Shown here: one piece after another, positions 57,570 to 64,000 of the stretch
How positions within the stretch are numbered: position 1 is the first letter of the stretch
Layout of the letters: every line of letters begins with the position of its first letter
UHGV virus genome: UHGV-0382128
DNA from: a virus
Reading direction: 5' to 3' (one strand)
Length of the DNA: 64,000 nucleotides
Notes under the pieces: model-generated
Database searches by the model: none
Told to the model about the DNA's origin: nothing
What the model saw: only the letters and a program-made list of their open reading frames with translations
Translations under genes and position numbers: made by a program

Positions 57570-58769
57570 ATGGCCTCCATTGTATACCAATACCCTTTAG
57601 ATTTAACGGGAACCCTAACCTCTAACGCCGTGGAGCGTCAGATTACGTTAGGTACAGGCAAAGTTAACCGTGCGTTTGCTTTCCCTGATGGTCCGTTTTA
57701 TGCCGATACGTTCCGCTTGCGGGTTGCCAATCGACCTGGAGCGACATATGAGCGTGGAACGGACTATGAACTGATTTTTGCACACCCGGCTTATGAGAAA
57801 TTGACGAAGAACCGGGAAGTGGTAATGGCGGTTGTTGTAACGAACACCGCGATTCCGACCGATATCACGGTATCGGCGCAAGTAGTTGGTGGTCCTCAGT
57901 CTGCAAATGTGACCGCGATTGAGCAAGCGATTGCCGAGTTGAAACTCGATAATCGAACTGTTGGCTTTAAAGACTTGCGAAATGTGCCGGACACGTTTCC
58001 TTCAGCACCAACGTATAAAGACGTCGGTGATATTTACGGCTTCGAATATATCATTACAGTGCTCGCTGGCATTAAAGATGCGATAACTGCGGGTGATGCT
58101 GTACAGCTTGAGAACATCAAAGCGATTCTCGATAGCCTGAAAAACGATTTCCTGGACGCGCTGAACGCGCACATTAACTCTACTGGTAATGTCCACCATC
58201 TGGATATTCATCAGGTTAACGGGTTAACGGAAACGGAGATCCGCGCTTTAATTCGCAGTGTTCAGACAGCCATTGATGCAACGATTGCCGATATCAATGC
58301 ATTGAAGAAAGCGGACGAAGCGTTAGGAAAACGTATTGATGCTGTTGTCAAATCTCTGGAAGCGTGGAACGACCAACTTAACGTCGTTGCACAAAACTAT
58401 CAGAAAATGGCACTGGCGCTGGCGAACCTAAACTCGTTAGTGTTACAGTTACAGAAAAATATCAACGATCTGAACACCAAACTCAACCAAGCGATTCAGC
58501 GCATTGCTGCGTTAGAACAGCGGGGTAATGAGACCGATCAGAAAATTGATAATCTGCAACAAAACTTGGATGCGCTTAAACAACAGGTTGCGAATAACAC
58601 GAACGCAATCAGTCAGGCGAATCAGAACCTACAAAACCATATTGCGGCAGATAACCCACACACAGGTTATCTCCACAAGAAATACGGTGGTGTGGTTCAG
58701 GCTTCAGTACACGTTAACGCTAACCTGACGTCCCGTGATGACGTTCAGGCAGAAGCAGGTACGAAATAA
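57570..58769 (+). CDS. fibre-like protein with shared N-terminal domain and C-terminal coiled-coil (400 aa)
   Basis: start moved to MASIVYQYPL (TAAGGAGAG SD); PDGPFY...GTDYEL N-domain; long heptad-repeat segment. Confidence 0.5.
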   Translation: MASIVYQYPLDLTGTLTSNAVERQITLGTGKVNRAFAFPDGPFYADTFRLRVANRPGATYERGTDYELIFAHPAYEKLTKNREVVMAVVVTNTAIPTDITVSAQVVGGPQSANVTAIEQAIAELKLDNRTVGFKDLRNVPDTFPSAPTYKDVGDIYGFEYIITVLAGIKDAITAGDAVQLENIKAILDSLKNDFLDALNAHINSTGNVHHLDIHQVNGLTETEIRALIRSVQTAIDATIADINALKKADEALGKRIDAVVKSLEAWNDQLNVVAQNYQKMALALANLNSLVLQLQKNINDLNTKLNQAIQRIAALEQRGNETDQKIDNLQQNLDALKQQVANNTNAISQANQNLQNHIAADNPHTGYLHKKYGGVVQASVHVNANLTSRDDVQAEAGTK

Positions 58770-58779
58770 TTTAATTACA

Positions 58780-58810
58780 GGAGGAACTATGTTTATGGAC
58801 GTAGTCCTCC
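58780..58810 (+). terminator. rho-independent terminator after the fibre operon
   Basis: hairpin ggaggaact..agtcctcc followed by attcttttttatttt. Confidence 0.55.
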
Positions 58811-58833
58811 ATTCTTTTTTATTTTAAGGATAC

Positions 58834-59229
58834 GTGATGGCGATCAGTGTTAAAAATGTGCGTGACCGAATCACCAACGTAGAGAACCAAATGGCAACTG
58901 GCCCACGTGTTGATCCGCAAGTTGCGTCGAAAGCACATAATGCTGCTGATTCATTTTCAGGTTGGACACCCGGTCGATTAGATTGTGGAGGTAGCTGTAG
59001 CTGGACGTGCTCAAACGGTTGTACGCATGGTTGTACGAGTTGTTCAGGTACATGTACATCGGTGTGCGTAGGAAGCTGTTCCTCTGCGTGTGGTAATCAA
59101 TGCAGTGGTTGTAGCGGAACGTGTTCTGGTGGTTGTTCAGGATGTAGCGGGACTTGTAGTGGGGGATGTGCTGGACGTTGTTCCTCGGGGTGTAGCGGTT
59201 CTTGTGCAGGTGGTTGTTCTAACCCATAA
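58834..59229 (+). CDS. Cys/Gly/Ser-rich protein 1 with leader-like N-terminus (131 aa); candidate radical-SAM substrate
   Basis: N-terminus MAISVKNVRDRI..., then about 21 Cys at roughly 4-residue periodicity starting DCGGSCSWTCS. Confidence 0.6.
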   Translation: MMAISVKNVRDRITNVENQMATGPRVDPQVASKAHNAADSFSGWTPGRLDCGGSCSWTCSNGCTHGCTSCSGTCTSVCVGSCSSACGNQCSGCSGTCSGGCSGCSGTCSGGCAGRCSSGCSGSCAGGCSNP

Positions 59230-59248
59230 AAAATAAGGATCAATTCGA

Positions 59249-60163
59249 ATGGAAGAACTTACTAGACCGACGGTATCCGATAAGCTCTACAGTAATCCGA
59301 GAACGTTAAACGTGATTACAACATCCAAATGTAATCTGGACTGTAGCTTCTGCGGCGGAGCCTATTACATGCATAGAGAGGATACAACCGCAGAAGTACA
59401 AAAGGAAAGTATTATCGAGGCGCTGGAAAATAACCCGACTATCACAAATATCCAATGGTCAGGGGGCGAACCATTACTTGCCACGCGTAAAATTGATACC
59501 CTTATAGAAGAGATAAGGGAGAAGTATCCTCGTTGCGAACATTACCTGTATACCAATGGTTTAAAAATGCGTAAATCGCATCTACCGTTGTTAAAGGGTT
59601 TTGATAGTATCTTTTTTAGCATGGATGGATTCAAAGAATCAGAGCGTCCGTTCATGCGGATTATCGAAGAAAAACAATACGAGGTTTTGGAGACAATTTA
59701 CGAATTGAAAAATATTCGTACTTGGGCGGTTTTGACGCGCGAGCGTATTGGGGATAAACGTTGGTACGAAGATATAATTGCGTTACATAACCACATTTAC
59801 CATTATGGTTTTTGTGAGATGTCGCTGGTTTTGGACAAAAACATGCCAAAACCGTTATCTCCCGATCACGTTATGAACTTTATTTACGGGTATTTTAGAA
59901 TTCAGGAGAATATAGAAAGACTGAATTCGTCCAATCGAAGCGAATGTGCGTTTACGCTAAATGCGTTATTTGATGAACCCTGTAACACATGTAGTCGTTG
60001 TTTTCGCATTGAGTCTGACGGTGCCCAGAACCAAGTAAAGAACGTTGAAATCGTAACGCAACACGGCTGTAGTGACTTGGCCAGAAAGGTTGGATTAGAT
60101 GCTTACGACTATATACGTCGTGTGGTAGGGGCTAAGAATAGAGTCTCAGAAAAACTACGATAA
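59249..60163 (+). CDS. radical SAM enzyme 1 (304 aa)
   Basis: CNLDCSFCGG (CxxxCxxC), GGEPLL, C-terminal CNTCSRC and GC auxiliary-cluster-like cysteines. Confidence 0.75.
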   Translation: MEELTRPTVSDKLYSNPRTLNVITTSKCNLDCSFCGGAYYMHREDTTAEVQKESIIEALENNPTITNIQWSGGEPLLATRKIDTLIEEIREKYPRCEHYLYTNGLKMRKSHLPLLKGFDSIFFSMDGFKESERPFMRIIEEKQYEVLETIYELKNIRTWAVLTRERIGDKRWYEDIIALHNHIYHYGFCEMSLVLDKNMPKPLSPDHVMNFIYGYFRIQENIERLNSSNRSECAFTLNALFDEPCNTCSRCFRIESDGAQNQVKNVEIVTQHGCSDLARKVGLDAYDYIRRVVGAKNRVSEKLR

Positions 60164-60221
60164 TTTTACAGAAAGTGAATTATAATGTGTCCTAGGGGGC
60201 ACTAAACCAGTAGGTATTAAA

Positions 60222-60620
60222 ATGGCGATTGGTTTATCTTCTTTAAAGGCCCGGCTAGATAACATAGACTCTACTGCATTAAAAAATACAGGTGCGGTGC
60301 AGAACTATATTCGTGGTAAAGCCACTAATAATAGCGATCTGTTTGGAGGACAGCCGAGAAATCACTATGACTGCGGAGGTAGCTGTAGCTGGACGTGCTC
60401 AAGTTGTTCGGGCGGCTGTACCGGCAACGCCTCCGGCGGCTGCGGTTCTTCCTGTTCAGCGAACTGTGTTTCAGGATGTAGTACAGGTTGCACAGGTTGT
60501 AGCAGTACCTGCTCAGGAGGGTGCACAGGTAATTGCTCGGGCGGTTGTTCAAGTAGTTGCACCGGAACATGTTCAGGTTCATGTCGAGGCGGATGTCAGC
60601 AATCGTGTACTGGAAGATAA
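60222..60620 (+). CDS. Cys/Gly/Ser-rich protein 2 with leader-like N-terminus (132 aa)
   Basis: N-terminus MAIGLSSLKARL...; core begins YDCGGSCSWTCSS with about 22 Cys. Confidence 0.6.
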   Translation: MAIGLSSLKARLDNIDSTALKNTGAVQNYIRGKATNNSDLFGGQPRNHYDCGGSCSWTCSSCSGGCTGNASGGCGSSCSANCVSGCSTGCTGCSSTCSGGCTGNCSGGCSSSCTGTCSGSCRGGCQQSCTGR

Positions 60621-60623
60621 GAA

Positions 60624-61290
60624 ATGATAAGTCTTAAAAACATACGCGACAGATTAGTGACGGCGGAGGGATATATCACCACCGCTAATGCAAACAACTA
60701 TATTGCAAACCAAGGAACGGTTTCCTCAACCAACAATCTCGCAGGATTACCTTTAAGTCATTATAATTGTAATGGCGGATGTAGTTGGTCGTGCAGCGGT
60801 AGCTGTAGTAAGGGGGCGGGGGGGGGTAAGTAAGCCCTCTAGCGGTGGTTCTACGCCAACCCCTTCAAGACCAACCTACGACAACAAAGCCGTTGTTTAT
60901 GTTGAGTCTAAGCTACACGCTAAAGATACTGTTCGTATCAATTTCTCTACTGGGGCTGTCTTTATTCAATGCGTAACGTCAACCGGTAGAGAGAAACCGA
61001 TAAGGGTCTTTAAATCGTTACTGTCTGGAAAGTCCTACGCCTACCCTCAAGTTGCAATGGGTAATGGTATCACTGTTAATTTTACAGACGCGGCTAGTTT
61101 TAAGATAGACTCTATCGGTAATGCATCTTCTGCTTCTATCTCATTAGAAGTATTAAGTAATTCCGGCGGAAGCATGGCGATTACGCAGCAACCGAGTAAA
61201 TCAAACGGCTTTACTGCAGAATTTGAAGTTACCGGCAGGCAATGGCGTGGCGGGTTCTATACCTTGAACGTCAGATTGACCGTAAAATAA
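60624..61290 (+). pseudogene. Cys-rich protein 3 interrupted at a G9 tract; both frames (60624..60833 and 60772..61290) look coding and a 1-nt change would fuse leader plus short Cys core to a 150-aa C-terminal domain
   Basis: frame A ends ...CNGGCSWSCSGSCSKGAGGGK; frame B continues through the same G-run as RGRGGVSKPSSGGSTPTPSRPTYDNK... (Ser/Pro/Thr linker then beta-rich domain). Confidence 0.4.
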
Positions 61291-61302
61291 TTGGAGTAAT
61301 CA

Positions 61303-62190
61303 ATGAAAAACGATTTGCATTTAGCCTATAAAACAATTTTCAACCACCCACTTCATATTTCTTCCCCCGATTCAATACGCGCTCATTTGGAAGATAAAGT
61401 TCGTTTGTTAACCCAGTTACCTGGCGAATGGCCCAAAGTGCGTGGTCGTTTTTTTACCGATCGCAATAACTATTCAGTAGAAAACACTTTTAAAATACGC
61501 GATCTGACAGCAGAAAGCGTAGTGGTGTTTACCGGTGATTCAGATTTACGCGGTAAATTGGTTGACGGTAAATATTTCTTTAGTGACGGTATTCTGAATA
61601 ATTCTGTAGATTTGGAATTGTTCTTTACGCCATTTAAAGAGTTGAATGCGAAGCCTGTAGCACGACGTTGGTGGTCTCCAGACTATCTTGGTTCATTCCC
61701 GTACTTTTATGCCCTGGTTCCTGTAGAAACAAAAAACTATGTTGATACTGAACCGTATATTGAAATAGAAGGTTACGAGGAACTTGGCATCAACTGTTTA
61801 GCAGATCTGATGGCGTACAGTTACAAATTTATGTGGGATCGTGAACGTTCAGTATGGGTTGCCCTTACAGATGAACATGAAATCACAAAACGTATTCGTA
61901 AACCATGGATGCAGCATTTAATTCAAACACGTATTGGTGAACATCCGTCATCGGAAGCAGATTTAGCGAAACTTGTTAGTTTCTTAATGACGAAAGTCAC
62001 GTTAACTGATGAAGAAAAAGCGGCAGTGTCGGCGGTATTGGAACGTAACGTAACGTTAGCGGATCTAGAACGTTTAAACGTGCGTTATAAAGACCTTAAT
62101 CGTATTATTGAGGCTTACAATTCACCGTTTGTATTAAAACCTGGAGTTAACGCTTACGACGATCCTTTGTTATCCATTGGCTATATTTAA
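61303..62190 (+). CDS. hypothetical protein (295 aa) inside the radical-SAM cluster
   Basis: ORF track; GGAG SD. Confidence 0.55.
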   Translation: MKNDLHLAYKTIFNHPLHISSPDSIRAHLEDKVRLLTQLPGEWPKVRGRFFTDRNNYSVENTFKIRDLTAESVVVFTGDSDLRGKLVDGKYFFSDGILNNSVDLELFFTPFKELNAKPVARRWWSPDYLGSFPYFYALVPVETKNYVDTEPYIEIEGYEELGINCLADLMAYSYKFMWDRERSVWVALTDEHEITKRIRKPWMQHLIQTRIGEHPSSEADLAKLVSFLMTKVTLTDEEKAAVSAVLERNVTLADLERLNVRYKDLNRIIEAYNSPFVLKPGVNAYDDPLLSIGYI

Positions 62191-62196
62191 AAATAG

Positions 62197-63135
62197 ATGG
62201 ACTCACCTGCAATGACAACCGACGTAGAGCCAAGGTTATCGAATCGTTTATACAATAAACCCACCGTATTGTCCGTAGTTGCTACATCCAAATGTAATCT
62301 GGACTGTAGCTTCTGCGGCGGAGCCTATTACATGCATCGTGAAGATTCTCCGCGAGAGTTTCAACGTGAACGAATTTTGAAAGCGTTGGCGTCTAACCCA
62401 ACCATTACTGAAATTCAGTGGACTGGCGGTGAACCGCTACTGGCAACTCGAAAGATTGAGGCGTTTGTCGACGAATTAAAAACGATCCGTCCTGAACTCA
62501 AACACCAGATGTTCACGAACGGTTTAAAAATGCGTAAATCGCATCTACCGTTGTTAAAACAATTCGATGGTATATATGTTAGCATCGATGGGTTTAATCT
62601 TTCTGAACGGCCTTTTAAGCGCTTTATTGATGATAATTGTCATGAAGCGTTAGAAGTAATTTACAGCTTGAATAATGTTAACACCTGGGCTGTTGTTACG
62701 AGGGAGAATTTATCCAATAAAAGATGGCATGAAGATATCATTCAATTACATACTGCTATCTATCATTACGGTTTTCGTTCCATGTCCTTATTACTAGATA
62801 AAAACATGCCAAAACCGTTATCTCCCGATCACGTTATGAACTTTATTTACGGGTATTTTAGAATTCAGGAGAATATAGAAAGATTAAACGTTCTAAATTC
62901 TAGAGACTGCGGTTTTATTGTAAACAGATTCTTCGATCATGCTTGTAATGTCTGTAGCGAAAGTCTCAGGATAGACGCGGACGGGGAAGAAAACCAACTT
63001 AAAAATGTACCAATAACTACAAAAGCAGGGTGTAACCAACTAGCCTCCTCAATAGGTGTAGAAGCTTACGAGTACATTCGTCGTGTAGTGATGGCAGAGC
63101 GTAATAGAGGGGCGGAAAATGAGTCAAGAAAATAG
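62197..63135 (+). CDS. radical SAM enzyme 2 (312 aa), paralogue of 59249..60163
   Basis: CNLDCSFCGG motif; several blocks of perfect nucleotide identity with radical SAM enzyme 1. Confidence 0.75.
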   Translation: MDSPAMTTDVEPRLSNRLYNKPTVLSVVATSKCNLDCSFCGGAYYMHREDSPREFQRERILKALASNPTITEIQWTGGEPLLATRKIEAFVDELKTIRPELKHQMFTNGLKMRKSHLPLLKQFDGIYVSIDGFNLSERPFKRFIDDNCHEALEVIYSLNNVNTWAVVTRENLSNKRWHEDIIQLHTAIYHYGFRSMSLLLDKNMPKPLSPDHVMNFIYGYFRIQENIERLNVLNSRDCGFIVNRFFDHACNVCSESLRIDADGEENQLKNVPITTKAGCNQLASSIGVEAYEYIRRVVMAERNRGAENESRK

Positions 63136-64000
63136 TTATCCTAAACAACTGACTTATCAAATTGTTACAAATTTATCGTGTAACTTGGACTGTGAGTATT
63201 GTTACGAACGTAAGTATCCCCGTAATAACAAAGCGGCGGATATTGTTGATTTTCTACACGCTTGTTTTGAACGAGATAAAGATCTGACAAACATCGAGGT
63301 CGTTATCGATATCATCGGTGGTGAGCCGTTTATGCAGCCTAAACTATTAAAGGCGGCATTTGAAACCGCAGAAGAGTTATGCGAAAAACATAATCGGCCG
63401 TTTATGTTTAGCATCTCTACTAACGGAACGTTGTTAGATAGACCTTTGAATAGAGAAATTATTGAACGTTGGAAAGACAGGCTTTCTATCGGCGTGTCTA
63501 TTGATGGATTGCCCGAATCGCACGATAAGTACCGGATTTTTACAACAACTCGTGAAGGATCTTACGAGGCCGCTGTGCGGGGCTATAACTACTTAAAAGA
63601 AGTCGGTATTGCAGAACTTGGTGTAAAAGCGACCTTTACGTTGGAAACGTTACCGTTCTATGCTGCTGGAATGAAATCATTAATTGATATTACTGGCGGC
63701 GGAACTATTTCTGGCAACGTAACCTTCGAAGACATTATGCCACGGAGCATGGCTACTTCAATCGCATTGCAGATGATGGACGTGGTAGATTATTGGGTTG
63801 AGAAGGGCTTACACACCAACCCACGTAACACTTTGTCGCACATCATTCCAGACGGGTTAGATTTTGATACTATCTGGGAACCAAACTGGCGTGATCAGTT
63901 ATTGTATAACGATACTGTACGTTTGAATCCAGAACGTTTACGCCCGTTCTGCGGTACGTTAACACACATGACATGCTTAGGATTTGATCGTAAGATCTTC
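63119..64000 (+). CDS. radical SAM enzyme 3 (partial, runs off the window end), SPASM/anSME-like
   Basis: manual translation MSQENSYPKQLTYQIVTNLSCNLDCEYCYE..GGEPFMQP..ISTNGTLL; no stop before position 64000; overlaps the stop of the upstream gene. Confidence 0.7.
   Translation, partial: MSQENSYPKQLTYQIVTNLSCNLDCEYCYERKYPRNNKAADIVDFLHACFERDKDLTNIEVVIDIIGGEPFMQPKLLKAAFETAEELCEKHNRPFMFSISTNGTLLDRPLNREIIERWKDRLSIGVSIDGLPESHDKYRIFTTTREGSYEAAVRGYNYLKEVGIAELGVKATFTLETLPFYAAGMKSLIDITGGGTISGNVTFEDIMPRSMATSIALQMMDVVDYWVEKGLHTNPRNTLSHIIPDGLDFDTIWEPNWRDQLLYNDTVRLNPERLRPFCGTLTHMTCLGFDRKIF

Noticed and set aside
60164-60221. Sigma-70 promoter upstream of Cys-rich gene 2 (TATAAT at about 60189)
   Set aside because: Perfect -10 hexamer but no acceptable -35 at 16-18 bp spacing; could still be a phage-specific promoter, so not annotated as a feature.
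1-64000. CRISPR array, integrase or transposase, diversity-generating retroelement near tail fibres
   Set aside because: No regularly spaced direct repeats, no recombinase or transposase motifs, and no reverse-transcriptase ORF or template-repeat pair were seen in any frame.

Overview
The window reads as a densely packed segment of a large virulent dsDNA phage (myovirus-like, enterobacterial-type codon usage and Shine-Dalgarno sites); this assignment is inferred from gene content only. Bases 1-40500 are an almost uninterrupted minus-strand block: thymidylate synthase with two insertions, a UvsX/RecA-like recombinase, an RNase HI fusion protein, a DEDDh exonuclease, a Rad50/SbcC-like ATPase with a CPxC hook, a macro-domain protein, a GNAT, a signal-peptide lytic transglycosylase, several tandem paralogue families, and a run of five small secreted proteins. 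Bases 43700-58800 are a plus-strand tail-fibre module of four proteins that share an N-terminal domain. The most unusual region is 58.8-64 kb: three Cys/Gly/Ser-rich proteins with a shared leader-like N-terminus interleaved with three radical-SAM (CxxxCxxC) enzymes, one Cys-rich gene interrupted at a G9 homopolymer, and the two short radical-SAM paralogues sharing blocks of perfectly identical nucleotides. Most other CDS have no recognisable function from sequence alone and are called hypothetical. All coordinates are from manual reading plus the supplied ORF track; no database search was possible.
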